51,308 nucleotides of DNA from a virus (Duplodnaviria; Caudoviricetes): the IMG/VR virus record IMGVR_UViG_3300006854_000010, positions 1 through 51,308 of that record. The stretch is one strand, 5' to 3'. Of the stretch, positions 36,501 through 46,729 are shown one piece after another; position 1 is the stretch's first letter, and each line of letters begins with the position of its first letter. Made by a program: the position numbers and the translations under genes. The notes under the pieces were generated by a model. It saw only the letters and a program-made list of their open reading frames with translations. It had not been told where the DNA came from and did no database searches.

Positions 36501-39500
36501 TCCGCAGTGCGTCAACCAATGCCTCCCCGGAGTCGTACCCGAATAGCTCGGCCACGATGTCGGGATGCATGCCGCCGCTTTCCTGCGTCATGCGCAATGC
36601 TTCGAGCTTGCGCCACGCGGCACCTGGCGAGTCACCGAACATCTCCTTCATGGCCGACGTGCGCAGCTTGCCGACGCTGGCTGTCGTATCAAGCAGCTCA
36701 ACGTCCGTGACGCCTGGCACCACAGCCTCGCCGGACTTGCCGGTCAGGAACGCCCAGGCGCGATACACAGGCCGCGCCATGACGATGCTGCGCGCCTCAG
36801 CCTTGACCTCGCGGCGCTTGTCGGCCGCCTCGCGCTGCAGCTCCTTGAGCTTGGCTGACTTGGCGTTTTCAAGCCACTTCAGATCGTTCAGCCGGCGCTT
36901 GTCCAGCGTGGTTTCCGCATCGGCATCAGCGTCCGCATCGGCATTCTGGTAGGCGCGGTAGTCCAGCCCCAACTTCTTCGCGTCGGCCTCGTTGAACATC
37001 AGCCCCATGGATTGCGCCGCCTTCGCCTGGGCGATCTCGTCATCGGTGGCAATCATGCGGTCCATCACAGCGCGCACTTCGTCCGACAGCTTCACGTCCA
37101 ACGCAGTCATGGAGCGGTACAGCCGGCGCAGCCAGCCGCGGAAGCGCTGGAACGCGCCAGCCAGCGCAGAAGATGGCGCCTTGCCCTCAAAGGCGTAGGC
37201 CTCGAACCCGCGGGCGAACTTCTCGTGATGCTCGCGCTGCTGCTCCAGCGGCATGGAGTTCCACACCTCGGTTGCCGTCAGGCCCTCTTCGGCCTTGATG
37301 CCGAACCAGTCAAGAACCGTTTCCATGTCGGTCTTGATGTCGGCCGGCGCATCGTCGCGCGCAGCAATTGCGCCCATCTGGTCCAAGAACAGATGGCCAC
37401 TTTCGTGAATCAGCGTACTGAAATTCGCGTCAGCAAGCAGAGCAATCGTGTTGGCGTCTGGCGTGTAGGTGCCGCGCAGGGCTGGCGCCTGTGGGCCGGC
37501 CGGGCCCGCTTGGCCTTGCTTTTGGTTGAGTGACTTGGCGTGCGCCTCGGCCTGAGCCCTGGCGCGAGCCACCGCTGACGCCTTCACGTCGTCACCCTGG
37601 CTCAGCACCGTCCACTCCTTGGCGCCGACTCCGCGCTGAAGGATCACCTGACCAGCGCGCGCCTTCGTGTCAACCGCGTCGACACCGATCAACGGGCGGA
37701 CGGCCCCACTCTTGTCCACCATCAGGCAGACTTGGCCGGCGGCCCTCTCTTGCGCCAGCCGGCTCTGCGCCTCCATGCCGGCCGCGCTCTCGCCGCTGGC
37801 GTTGTTCGTCGTTGACTGTGCAAGTGAGCCGAGACTTGTGGATGGCTCTCGAACCATGCCGGCCATGGTCGTGAAGTCCTTGCTACGGCCCTTGTTCGGC
37901 TTGAATCCAAGCGACTTGTAAAACTTCTCTAGCTTCGCCTTGCTGGTGCCCGGCTCCATGGGCTCAGCCGTCAATACAACCTGCTGGCCGTTGGCGTCTG
38001 CAGCAGCAACCACAGCCCCCAGCGCCTTGCGTGCGCCGCCCTGTCTGCGGGCCTCTTTCGGCGTGCGGATCATGGATACATCGATGCGTCCGCCGTCTCG
38101 TGACACGGAATACTCGATGGTTGATGATCCAAGCGTGAATGTATTCGCTGTGCCTGGCGAAACGCTCAAGGCCGACTGCTCAAGCGCGCCACCCGTTGGC
38201 GTGGTGCCGGCGATGTTCACCGGGTATTGCTGGAACGCCTGCTCTGGCGTGACGCCAAGGCGCGAGCCCAGCGCCGCATAGCGCGCAGCCAGCAGAGCGG
38301 CATTCTGCTTGTTCACGTCTGGCGTGAATCTGCCGGTGGCGTTCAACTGCTCAATGAACTGCTGCGCCAGCGCGTTGCGGCTGCGGTCTTGCGCGTCCTG
38401 CTGGTCAGCCTTGGCGAGCGCTTCAGACAAGGCTTTCTCGGCATCTGGCCCAGCATCCTTCATGACCACATCCGCCTGGGCCTTGCTCATCCCATTCGGA
38501 TCCGTCTTCAGGTGCGGGATGATTCCTTGCGCGAACGATTGCCCGGCCACGTTGGCGCCGAACTCTGCCGCGGGGATCTGGATGTCAACCCCAGACGCCA
38601 GCGACTCGGCGGCTTGCTGAGCCGCGGCAGGAGACACCTCAACCAGTTGACGTAGCGCAGCCTCATCCAGGTCCCTCGCATCGACGTAAACATCCTTTAC
38701 AGGCCCATCTCGGGCGACTTCCTGCCAGAACGATTGCCAGTCATCGGCGCTGCGTTCGCGCACCTTGGATGCCTGTGCCAGCTTGTCGATTTCATCAAGC
38801 GCCTGCGCGCCCGCCGCGGCCTTGTCTGCGGCCAGCTTCTGCGGATCTGCTTCCAGCTTGCCGGCCACCTTCGCCAGCGCGTGGGCGGCACCCGTCTGGG
38901 CACCGGTGCCAACGATGGTCGCAATCAGCGTCTCGATGGCCGCCGCGGGCCGCTCGGCCGCGTAGGCGCTGAACGGCTTCTCTGGGTGCAGCGTGGCCCA
39001 CTCGTTGAAATCCTGCGCCAGCGTGGCAACCTGCTCTCCCGGGATCTCCGTGACCATCTGGTGCATGATGGTCTTCATGAACGATGATCCGGCCTTCAGA
39101 TCGCCAAGCAGCTTGGCAACCGGCAGCTTCTCGGTTGCAACCTCAATCGCTCCGTCGATGGCGCCGAAGGCCAGCGCACGCGTGCCGCTCAGCCCAGCAT
39201 CCAGAGCCTTAGCGGTTGACTGACCGGCCGTTGTCACGCCCGCACTCAGCAGGGCGAACGCCGGGTTTCCGGTGGCGATAGACGCGGCAATGCCGGGCGC
39301 CTGTTGCCCGATGGACTGGATGCCTGAGCGCACGCCGCGGCGGATCACGCCGGCGTCCTCTGGCAGCGGCCCGGCCACGTCTTCGGTGACTTGCTCGGCG
39401 CCCTTGCGGAACGCCTTGATGGCGTCGGTTGCGGTAGCTGGCTGCGGTCCGGCTGGGCGGATGTCTGGCTCAACCTGGAATCCAGCCATGCCGAGCGGGC

Positions 39501-40305
39501 CTGCATTGGCTCCAACGGCGGCAGCCGTGAGGAACCTGCCCATGTCGCGCGCATCCTGGCGCACCCTGGCCGAAATGTCTTCCTTGGCCTGCGAGATGCC
39601 CTCGGCCATCCCGGCCACGCCACCCACGGCGGACGGCACACCAGATGCCAGCGTGCGCACCGCCGAAGCGCCCTCGTACCAAACCCGCTCCAGCGCAGAC
39701 ATGTTGTCCACGTCGTCGTGCGCCACCTTGGCCCGCGCTCCATCCGCGGCGATCCATGAGCGCAGGGCCGGCGCGCGCTCCATGGCTGCGTTGGCGTCAT
39801 CCAGCTTGGCGCGCTGCTTGTAGTCATCGCCGAACGCGTCCACCAGGTCGGCCGGGATGTTGTACCGCTTCGCTAGGCGCTGCTTTTCGGCCTCTTGATC
39901 CGGGTTCGCGCCGACGCCAAGCAGCATGTTTGGCTTGGCGTTTGGGTTCTTGGCCGCATCGTACAAACCGTCCAGGTCCTGATCTATCTTCGCTCCGTAC
40001 TTCTCGGCTTGCTGCTGGTGAAGCCTTTCAGCGTATGCGTTTGATGCCGCCACACTTGAAAATTTACCAAGGTGTCGGCCAGTCTTTTGGTATGCGCTGA
40101 TTGCCTCATCGTCGCCCATGATCCTTCCGTCATCGCTAACGGTTGGTATAAGAACTTCTTGGCCATCGATATTCACACCCATTGACCTGACGGTGCTAAT
40201 TGTCCCGTCTGCATTCTTTACAACAGGCCGCTTGCCAAGGTCGATATTTCCAGGCACCACAGGTGCGCCAGCGGCATTGCTATAAAGCTCGTCAAGCGTC
40301 GGCAT
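33595..40305 (-). CDS. Giant internal virion/ejection protein (large polyvalent protein; GNAT-like and HExxH domains)
   Basis: 2236 aa in the T7 gp16-like position; LIHESGH motif; ARRQGGAR...LEKFYKSLGF GNAT-like insert. Confidence 0.8.
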   Translation of the reverse strand: MPTLDELYSNAAGAPVVPGNIDLGKRPVVKNADGTISTVRSMGVNIDGQEVLIPTVSDDGRIMGDDEAISAYQKTGRHLGKFSSVAASNAYAERLHQQQAEKYGAKIDQDLDGLYDAAKNPNAKPNMLLGVGANPDQEAEKQRLAKRYNIPADLVDAFGDDYKQRAKLDDANAAMERAPALRSWIAADGARAKVAHDDVDNMSALERVWYEGASAVRTLASGVPSAVGGVAGMAEGISQAKEDISARVRQDARDMGRFLTAAAVGANAGPLGMAGFQVEPDIRPAGPQPATATDAIKAFRKGAEQVTEDVAGPLPEDAGVIRRGVRSGIQSIGQQAPGIAASIATGNPAFALLSAGVTTAGQSTAKALDAGLSGTRALAFGAIDGAIEVATEKLPVAKLLGDLKAGSSFMKTIMHQMVTEIPGEQVATLAQDFNEWATLHPEKPFSAYAAERPAAAIETLIATIVGTGAQTGAAHALAKVAGKLEADPQKLAADKAAAGAQALDEIDKLAQASKVRERSADDWQSFWQEVARDGPVKDVYVDARDLDEAALRQLVEVSPAAAQQAAESLASGVDIQIPAAEFGANVAGQSFAQGIIPHLKTDPNGMSKAQADVVMKDAGPDAEKALSEALAKADQQDAQDRSRNALAQQFIEQLNATGRFTPDVNKQNAALLAARYAALGSRLGVTPEQAFQQYPVNIAGTTPTGGALEQSALSVSPGTANTFTLGSSTIEYSVSRDGGRIDVSMIRTPKEARRQGGARKALGAVVAAADANGQQVVLTAEPMEPGTSKAKLEKFYKSLGFKPNKGRSKDFTTMAGMVREPSTSLGSLAQSTTNNASGESAAGMEAQSRLAQERAAGQVCLMVDKSGAVRPLIGVDAVDTKARAGQVILQRGVGAKEWTVLSQGDDVKASAVARARAQAEAHAKSLNQKQGQAGPAGPQAPALRGTYTPDANTIALLADANFSTLIHESGHLFLDQMGAIAARDDAPADIKTDMETVLDWFGIKAEEGLTATEVWNSMPLEQQREHHEKFARGFEAYAFEGKAPSSALAGAFQRFRGWLRRLYRSMTALDVKLSDEVRAVMDRMIATDDEIAQAKAAQSMGLMFNEADAKKLGLDYRAYQNADADADADAETTLDKRRLNDLKWLENAKSAKLKELQREAADKRREVKAEARSIVMARPVYRAWAFLTGKSGEAVVPGVTDVELLDTTASVGKLRTSAMKEMFGDSPGAAWRKLEALRMTQESGGMHPDIVAELFGYDSGEALVDALRMAMTPAQAVEAQTDAMMMERYGDIANPEELAQAALEAVSNDARARVLATELGALEKAAGTRTKTVTKAAKAFAAQVVGWQKVGELRPEKFEAAARKAAIAANKAFKAGDIAKAATEKRNELVNVYAAAAARDAQALIKRKVDVYRRAANKSIKEVAKTRDADMVQAMRAILADYGIGTKGEPAMKYLEALKGHDPDSHARMFDAVAQLTADAKDYKLTTVDEFRALTDELDVWWAQSRRVRQMEIDGNLIDQQEAAEEVAASLAAEGVPGRIPGEGYAVTPAETVVATLRSARAGLRRVESWVNARDLGHQGAFRKYVFNPIKDAADKYRAAQAAYRKRYLALLDKLDLGSSRIEAKELGYTFGRDTGGSGKQEIIHAILHTGNDSNKRKLLLGRRWATQNADGTLDTTKWDAFLKRMHDTGVIGKAEYDFAQGVWDLLEEMKAEAQKTHREVFGRSFDEITANEVVTPFGTYRGGYVPAMADPRAVSDAKTRAIIEEENQTMAQAYPSTSKGFTKGRVEYNKALLLDLRSLSGHLDKVLMFTHMERPVREVRRLLGDSSVREPLSRMDPSAYDGMLIPWLNRAARQQIETPVPAYNGLMRYISIARSRAGMAAMFANVVNAAQQITGFGLAALRVKPKHLRAGLVQYLKNPSKTAKSVAEASSYMSSRMDSEVHAMNSAIDEILLNPNVFQKAQAWAARHAYFMQSAVDNVMGPIIWTGAYNEAMEAGVGELDARRQADSVVRETQGSNLPEDISNFEAGTAITRVLTQFQGYFNMQANLLGTEFAKTQRELGLRAGMGRGLYVFTMGFFVPALISEVIVQAARGGPADDDGDGYIDDWLASLGLGLGRSAWAMVPIVGPVANVAINSWNNKPYDDRVGTAPAISMIERAAHSPRSVYDAVAGEGSARKAVKDVAALIAVTVGLPAPALARPLGYLADVAQDRVTPTGPADAVRGSITGVPSPQSKQ

Positions 40306-42047
40306 TACTTGTACCTCCCGGATTCAATTCCGGCCTGATACATCTTCTCAACAAGCGCCTGCTGCTCATCGCTCAAAGATCCGCGCGGCCCCCTGCCGCC
40401 CTCCTTGTCTCGAACGGTCTTCATGAGTTCGTCACGAGCCGCCGCAGGTATCTGTCCAAACGGCTTGGCGATGAACGTTTTGCCTGCAAGCGCAGGATCA
40501 GTGGCGATCTCGTGCCCCTTGCGCTTCGTCTGGAACATGCCGAAGATGCCGGAGCCCTGTTCGATCCCTTGGCGCAACATGCCGGCCGCGATCTCGCGGG
40601 CCTCAGGATCCGTGAGCGGGCGCTTGACGTCCGCCATCTTCGCCTCCAGCGCATCGGTCAGCGCGGTTTGGAACTTGGCGTACTCCTTCGCCTGGGCGCT
40701 GTCTGGTTTGGCGTTGATCTTCAGGCCGGCACCGCGGATCTGCGCATCCATGGCCTTGACTGTGGATGCAACCACACGATTGGTCTCCATGGCCTTGGCA
40801 TCCTGCCGCTGCATGCCCTGTGCCACGTTCAGCAGTGCGTTGACTTGGCCATCGGCCAGCTTCGGGGCGGACCGCTCGATTCCCTTGCCGTCAACGAACG
40901 CCTGGAACTTCGCCGGCTCTTCCCATGCCATGCGGCGCAGCCCGATGTACAGATTGTCGTCGGCCTCGAATGTACCCTTGGCGCGTGCCCGAGCCTGATC
41001 AGCCTTGGACTGCAGCCAGTCGCGCATCTGGCGCTCTTCCTCGGGCGCCTGGGTGCGCAACGCGGCCATAGTCTGCGCCGGGATGGCAGACATGCTGCCT
41101 TTTTCCATGAGCACGGACCATGCGCTGTTCGACACTTGGCGAGCCTGCTGCAGTTTGGCCGTCTCCACCTCGGCGTACCGTGTCTTGAGCTGCGACACCG
41201 CCGCCTCTTCATCCTGGCCGGCGAACTTCTTGCGCGTCTCGGCGATGGCTTCTGCCTGCGGCATGCCGGATGCCGTGAGGGTGTCCGCATTCGCCTGCGC
41301 TTTCAGAAGCGTGGCGCGCGCCTTGACCTCCTGGCCGATCCTGGCGCCCACATCTGCTGACATGCTGGCCCGGTTCCGATCGTAGTAGGCCTGCGCGCCG
41401 GCATCGTCATTCGCATTGAGAAGTGACGACACCACGCCGATGTGGGCCTTGTCGATGTTGTCGCGCAGGGCTGCGTTGATTTCTTCTGTGCTACGGCCCT
41501 TGGATCGAAGGTAACCGATTGTGCGCTGCCCAAGCAATGCCAATTCAGCCGGTGCCTTATCCGGGAAGAGCGCGGCCCGGTCAACGAACGATTTCACGTC
41601 GGCCTGGTAGGCGCCCTCTTCGTAGCTGTCGCGCTCCTTCGTGGCGTGCTTGGCAGCCCAGTCGAGCACCTGCCCGCGTCGCCCGTTCGCCACCTCTTGA
41701 AACGCCCTGCGCTGGTTGGCCGAAAGGCCCTCCATGACCCCGCCGGCCGCCTCGTCGAACGACGATTGCAACTGCTTGGGCACGCCCTCGGCATCCTTGC
41801 CGCGCTTGTTGATCGCGCCTTGCTCCGGGTCGAACAGGGCCATGCGCTCCCAGTCATCCAGCGCACGCCGTGCCGTGGAGATGGCGGCTATGTCCTGGTT
41901 GTGCTGGTACTCGTCGGCGACCTTGCCAAGCTGGCCGGCAACACCCTGCAGAGCCTCGCCAGTGGCCGAGCCACCATAGGCCGGCACAAACTGGCCTCGG
42001 TCTTGCGGAGCCTGTCTGCGGGCGTAGTCGTTCGGTAGCGTGGCCAT
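40305..42047 (-). CDS. Internal virion protein (gp15-like position)
   Basis: 580 aa, helical Ala/Gln-rich; synteny. Confidence 0.65.
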   Translation of the reverse strand: MATLPNDYARRQAPQDRGQFVPAYGGSATGEALQGVAGQLGKVADEYQHNQDIAAISTARRALDDWERMALFDPEQGAINKRGKDAEGVPKQLQSSFDEAAGGVMEGLSANQRRAFQEVANGRRGQVLDWAAKHATKERDSYEEGAYQADVKSFVDRAALFPDKAPAELALLGQRTIGYLRSKGRSTEEINAALRDNIDKAHIGVVSSLLNANDDAGAQAYYDRNRASMSADVGARIGQEVKARATLLKAQANADTLTASGMPQAEAIAETRKKFAGQDEEAAVSQLKTRYAEVETAKLQQARQVSNSAWSVLMEKGSMSAIPAQTMAALRTQAPEEERQMRDWLQSKADQARARAKGTFEADDNLYIGLRRMAWEEPAKFQAFVDGKGIERSAPKLADGQVNALLNVAQGMQRQDAKAMETNRVVASTVKAMDAQIRGAGLKINAKPDSAQAKEYAKFQTALTDALEAKMADVKRPLTDPEAREIAAGMLRQGIEQGSGIFGMFQTKRKGHEIATDPALAGKTFIAKPFGQIPAAARDELMKTVRDKEGGRGPRGSLSDEQQALVEKMYQAGIESGRYK

Positions 42048-42574
42048 CAGCGACGCGCCATCACATCGGCGCCAGTGGCACTGTATTTCGTGCCGCCAGC
42101 ATCATTGTTGTACGAGTAAGCATTGAACCCGCCGCCGCCGAAATTCTGATACATCTTCGAGCCCATGCTGATCAGGCTTCCAAGTTGCTGGAACTGGTTC
42201 TCGCCGCTCATGTCGGACGCGGCCCGGCGGCGCTGTGTCGCTGCCGCTTCGCGGCTCCTGGCCCCGGTCTCGCCGCTGTAGATGGCTGACATGGCGCGGT
42301 ATTCGGCGTCCGACGTGATGTCGCCGGCCAGATTGGCAATCGTCGGATCGCTCGACGGCGCGCGAGCCAGCAGTCTGGAGAGAGCGAGCCTGCCCTGCCT
42401 GCGCTCTTCCAACGCATCACGCTGCGCCATTGCGCGGTCAACCTGCGCCTGCCTCTGCAGTTGAACCGCATCAGCCTCGGCCGCAGCCTCTCCGGCCGCA
42501 GCCTGCCTGCGCTGCCCGATCATGTTCAGAACGGTGGGCGCGACTGCCATAACGATGGGAAGTGCTGCGGCCAT
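42047..42574 (-). CDS. Internal virion protein (gp14-like position)
   Basis: Hydrophobic N-terminus, Ala/Gln-rich helix; synteny. Confidence 0.6.
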   Translation of the reverse strand: MAAALPIVMAVAPTVLNMIGQRRQAAAGEAAAEADAVQLQRQAQVDRAMAQRDALEERRQGRLALSRLLARAPSSDPTIANLAGDITSDAEYRAMSAIYSGETGARSREAAATQRRRAASDMSGENQFQQLGSLISMGSKMYQNFGGGGFNAYSYNNDAGGTKYSATGADVMARR

Positions 42575-42906
42575 CAGTTGCTCCAGACCCCGTCGCCACG
42601 GTCAGCCAGGCCACACCATTCAAGCAGCCGCGCCGAAGTGGGCTCGGCACAATCCTGCAGCGCGATCACCGGCCCAGCGATCATGCCGCGCACGAGGCAA
42701 GCCAGGCGAGCCAGCGTGATGACATGCGCGCGGCCGGCCGGCGTCACCGATGAGAAGAGCTGCAGGTGATCGCCGGCCAAGCCGATCCCGCCAATCGCCA
42801 CGAGCTGACCGCTCACCTCAGCGACAGCCGCACGCATGCTGAACGGAGGCGGCCCACCATACCAGCGCTGCACATCCTCCGCAGTGGCGTAGCGCACGGC
42901 CGTCAT
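42574..42906 (-). CDS. GNAT-like virion assembly protein (gp13-like position)
   Basis: VRYATAEDV, LVAIGG, SARLLEWCGL; synteny after tail tube B. Confidence 0.55.
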   Translation of the reverse strand: MTAVRYATAEDVQRWYGGPPPFSMRAAVAEVSGQLVAIGGIGLAGDHLQLFSSVTPAGRAHVITLARLACLVRGMIAGPVIALQDCAEPTSARLLEWCGLADRGDGVWSN

Positions 42907-45638
42907 TTGCTGTTCGACTCCATGTCGATCACCATGGCCAACACGTGCGCATGTCCGGGCGAGTCGGCGCGCAGGCAAACTCGCGCGTCAGTTGTCCAGT
43001 CGCCACGCGGGAACGTCACCATGTCGCCCTCCAGTTCGTCGATAGCATTTGCCGCAGTGCCGTAGAACTCAATTTCCGGCAGTGGGTCAAGGGTATCAAA
43101 GTCTGGGCCATAGCGAAGGCTTGTGCGGTCAGTGTCAGCCAGCACAAGACCCAACGCCTCCACCTTCTTGCGCGCCCCAAGCGCCGACCTGCCGCCACCA
43201 GAAAGGTAGGCGAGCTTCGTGGAGCGCGAGTCCGCCGAGTAGGCCAAGCCAATGCACGCAGTTGACACCGCGGCAGGAAGTGCGATCTGTCCGCCGCTCA
43301 CAGTGAATGTGACCTGTGATGCCCCATGCCCAGTGCTCAGGCGAGAGCCGTCGGCCCATACCACCACGGCCTCTCCATTCAGGTGACCAAGCCCGGTAAT
43401 GGTTGTCGTCGGCGCCCCAGAGTAGTACACGAACGCATCGCACGTTTTGTTTGTCGTTCCGCCTCGGCATTCCGTCTGCTTTGCGAGTTTCTCCACGTAT
43501 GTGGCGTCCACGCCGTTTATATTGCGCGTGACTGTGAAATACACCTCATCATCAAGCGTGCCATCGGGTGCCGGCATGATAAGCACATCGATGATGGCTC
43601 CGTCCGTCTCAATCAGATTCAGCGCATTCACCTGCTCAGGAGCGTTCGCCGTGAGTACAAGACATTTACCATCTGATCGCACGGCATACAGCATTGTCTC
43701 AGGCTGGCGAGCCACTGACAGCGCCACAATGCCAGGATATCCAAGCTCAGGCGCAAAATTCAGTACATCGGTAGGCGTGTAGTTGAACCCGCTCGTATCT
43801 GGCTGCAGCAGGAATATCTTTGTCCCGGACCGGTTGACGAAAAACACCGCATCATCTGTAGGCGCGCACTGCACATTCCCACTGCCCTGCGTAGATGTAT
43901 TGCGAGGATCGAAGTTTGTGGGCGTCAGCGGATCATCCAGGTTCGACGAGATAGCCGACACCTCCGCACCTTGCGCGCCCAGCACCAGCCGTCGCAGCGA
44001 TGCAATCCAGTTGACCGAATCCACCGGGCCGCTGGTGATAGTGCGATTGATCGGTCCGGCATCGCCTTCGAACGTTTCATCGAACGAAGAGAATGCGTCG
44101 GACACTGAGCCCCAGGCCTTGCCGGACCCAGCCCACCACAGACGCAGACCATGAAACTTCACGGCACTCGGGAAACCCCGCCTCGTTGACCACTCGCCCT
44201 CTTGCCAGATGTCTGTGGCCGTGGTGGCGCCCAGGTCTGACAGCACCTCTGCGCTCGCGCTCGTAGAGCTAGCCACCGCAGTGATTCGCGCAATGCCTCG
44301 CACACTCCCTGACGAGATTGACAGGCGCACATCAGCCGTGCCGCTGGTGTAGTTGCCGGTCTTCACGCCGATGCGGTAGTACACGATGGAGTTGTCCAGC
44401 CCATCCGCGAGTGTCGTTGCAACCGGAGCCGTCCAAGGCCCCGGCGTGGCCACATCGGCCCATGGCCCGGCCGACGTATCAACCGAGCGCTGCAGCGTCA
44501 CCGTGGCAACGAACGTGTTGGTGATCGTGATGGAGAAAGAGCGGGCCGTTCCAACACCAATCACCTGGATGGCGTTCGTGAAGACATTCTGCGCCGTGAT
44601 GCTGGCGGTGACCGTTTGCCCAGACGAAGACAGTGAGAACAGCGCCCCCACGCCGTGATCTGGCGGCTCGTGGTTGATGCTGAACACCGGCCGCGATGCG
44701 GTAAGCGTGACGTTGCCGGTCAGGCCGCTGGCCGTGATTGTCGTGGGCGTCAGGTTCTCGACCATGAACGGCCCGTCATCTGCCACGTACGCCACCAGCG
44801 ACCAGGATCTGCCGTTCGTGCGGCGCTCGATCTTGCGCTGATGGCGCCCCGCGCCGCCGCTTGTCTTGCTGGTCAAAAAGATAACGTCAGCAGACTGGTC
44901 ATAGCGAATACTGCGCAACTCCGCTTGCGTGCCCCACGGCGTCGCAATAGCAAGCGTGCCGGTACTGATGCTGCATGAATCAACCCGGATCAGTCGAAGG
45001 TATCGACTGAAGAACCTTACATACACCGTACCGCCAGTTGGCGTAAACGACAGGTAGTGATAGCCAGGGCCAAGCTCTGACTCGGAAAACAGATCCGCTG
45101 CGCCTGACGTTGAGCCAACCTGGAAGCTCACGGGCCCGCGCACTACATCGATGCGGATGCAGTGCTCTACATTCTGGTCGGCGCCCGCTACAGTTACGGC
45201 CTGCTCGCGAATCGCAAAGGCCGTGCCATTGCCAACAAGGTCAAGGAACCCGGCCCCTATCGTTGATGTGCCGCCAGCCTCATCCAGATCGGTCCAGTTG
45301 GTGCCGGCAGAGAACGATGAATTCAGAATCGTGGTAGAAACTGACGGGTATGCCACCAAAACATCGTTAATGCGAACTCGCATCGTGATGTTAGACAGCT
45401 CGATGACCGCCTTATCGTCAGTGGATTTGACGAAGGCTATTTGTCTTCCAATAGTGCCAGATCCGACCCCGCCGATATACTGCATGCCGGGCCGCATGAA
45501 CATGTACCCGACACTGCGAATCATCCAGTTCGTCAGCGTGGTTGCGCATACCGACAGCTTGCGTAGATCCAGCCGTGCAAGAAGGTACTTGCTGACCAGC
45601 CCACCGTTGAAGCGCAGGATTTCCAGCGCGCCACGCAT
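42903..45638 (-). CDS. Tail tubular protein B/nozzle
   Basis: FNGGLVS...RLDL, RPG.QY, QSADV, GFPSAV.F...RLWWAG, GLGHLNGEAV, IGLAY; 911 aa. Confidence 0.85.
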   Translation of the reverse strand: MRGALEILRFNGGLVSKYLLARLDLRKLSVCATTLTNWMIRSVGYMFMRPGMQYIGGVGSGTIGRQIAFVKSTDDKAVIELSNITMRVRINDVLVAYPSVSTTILNSSFSAGTNWTDLDEAGGTSTIGAGFLDLVGNGTAFAIREQAVTVAGADQNVEHCIRIDVVRGPVSFQVGSTSGAADLFSESELGPGYHYLSFTPTGGTVYVRFFSRYLRLIRVDSCSISTGTLAIATPWGTQAELRSIRYDQSADVIFLTSKTSGGAGRHQRKIERRTNGRSWSLVAYVADDGPFMVENLTPTTITASGLTGNVTLTASRPVFSINHEPPDHGVGALFSLSSSGQTVTASITAQNVFTNAIQVIGVGTARSFSITITNTFVATVTLQRSVDTSAGPWADVATPGPWTAPVATTLADGLDNSIVYYRIGVKTGNYTSGTADVRLSISSGSVRGIARITAVASSTSASAEVLSDLGATTATDIWQEGEWSTRRGFPSAVKFHGLRLWWAGSGKAWGSVSDAFSSFDETFEGDAGPINRTITSGPVDSVNWIASLRRLVLGAQGAEVSAISSNLDDPLTPTNFDPRNTSTQGSGNVQCAPTDDAVFFVNRSGTKIFLLQPDTSGFNYTPTDVLNFAPELGYPGIVALSVARQPETMLYAVRSDGKCLVLTANAPEQVNALNLIETDGAIIDVLIMPAPDGTLDDEVYFTVTRNINGVDATYVEKLAKQTECRGGTTNKTCDAFVYYSGAPTTTITGLGHLNGEAVVVWADGSRLSTGHGASQVTFTVSGGQIALPAAVSTACIGLAYSADSRSTKLAYLSGGGRSALGARKKVEALGLVLADTDRTSLRYGPDFDTLDPLPEIEFYGTAANAIDELEGDMVTFPRGDWTTDARVCLRADSPGHAHVLAMVIDMESNSK

Positions 45639-46291
45639 TAGAAGCTCGGGAACCCGCGTGGGCCGAATCTGTTGTAATCACTCGCTCCAGCGCGGGCGCG
45701 CACCCACGATCCGGCCGGCATGGTGCGCGTCGGCTCGTTCACAACATCCTTGCCGCGGGCGTCCGACAGTACCTGCGCCGCCAGGCCCATCATGGAACGG
45801 CCATCATCCGTGAGCGGCCCGGCCATGCGAGATGCCAGCTTGGCCGAAGCGTAGTCTTGGAACGACCTGGGCCAGATGGCCAGATTGCCGCCGAAGCTCA
45901 CGTCGTCGCTGATGTAGCGCACGTACAGCGTGTCCAGGTCACTGAACAGAAACCCGGCCTCGTCGTAGTAGCAATCATGCGGGCATTGCATGTGCGCGTC
46001 CACGAATACGCCGATGGTCCTGATCCAGTCGTCCGCTTTCTGGTAAGCGTACTGCAACCCCTGACCGTTGAACTGCGGATCGATGCCGGGCTCGTACAGG
46101 ATCTGGCATGCGCGGAGGGCGAACCGCCAGCACCCATCCTCCAGGCACCCGCGCACGAAGTCGTTGTCCCAGATGTCATTGGCCAGCCGGGCCGGCTCGC
46201 GGGTGTTACCGGCAAGCTCGCTGGCACTGAGCTTGCCATTGCGCAGCAGCCTCAAGCTGTCGTTTATTACGCCCAACTTGGTCGCCGCCAC
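45638..46291 (-). CDS. Tail tubular protein A/adaptor
   Basis: KLGVINDSL, W.FA, YAYQ..DWIR, F....S.KLA...A.PLT. Confidence 0.8.
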   Translation of the reverse strand: MAATKLGVINDSLRLLRNGKLSASELAGNTREPARLANDIWDNDFVRGCLEDGCWRFALRACQILYEPGIDPQFNGQGLQYAYQKADDWIRTIGVFVDAHMQCPHDCYYDEAGFLFSDLDTLYVRYISDDVSFGGNLAIWPRSFQDYASAKLASRMAGPLTDDGRSMMGLAAQVLSDARGKDVVNEPTRTMPAGSWVRARAGASDYNRFGPRGFPSF

Positions 46292-46293
46292 GA

Positions 46294-46716
46294 TCAGCCC
46301 TCGGTATTCTCAGCCAGCCACTTCTGTGCGTCCTGCTCGCTGGTGAAATTGCCGCGCACGACCTTGTCATCCGCCTTGCGGATCACGCGCACCCAGCGGC
46401 TCACGCGGTCAATCTTGAAGTCGGCGGCCTTGTCCTTCTTGATCGCCTGGTCCGACAGGTTGGCCATGTGCACCAGCTTCAGGGTGGCGGTGTACTCGTC
46501 GCACGCGATCACGACATAGTCACCGATCCAGGTCATGCCCTCCGGCATCACGCGGATGAATGCGCCAGGCGTCAGGCGGCGCGCATAGTGCATCCAGTAG
46601 GACGGCACCAGCACATCCTCGGGAGCCGTGCCGTACTCGGGCAGGGCCACGAATTGGGCTTGCAGGTGGTGTGCGGCGCCGAACTGCCCAGCGCTGTGAC
46701 TCAGGTGTTTGCTCAC
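46294..46716 (-). CDS. Hypothetical protein
   Basis: GTG start with AAAGGA RBS; start placed downstream of the terminator hairpin. Confidence 0.6.
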   Translation of the reverse strand: MSKHLSHSAGQFGAAHHLQAQFVALPEYGTAPEDVLVPSYWMHYARRLTPGAFIRVMPEGMTWIGDYVVIACDEYTATLKLVHMANLSDQAIKKDKAADFKIDRVSRWVRVIRKADDKVVRGNFTSEQDAQKWLAENTEG

Positions 46717-46729
46717 GCTCGTCCTTTGC

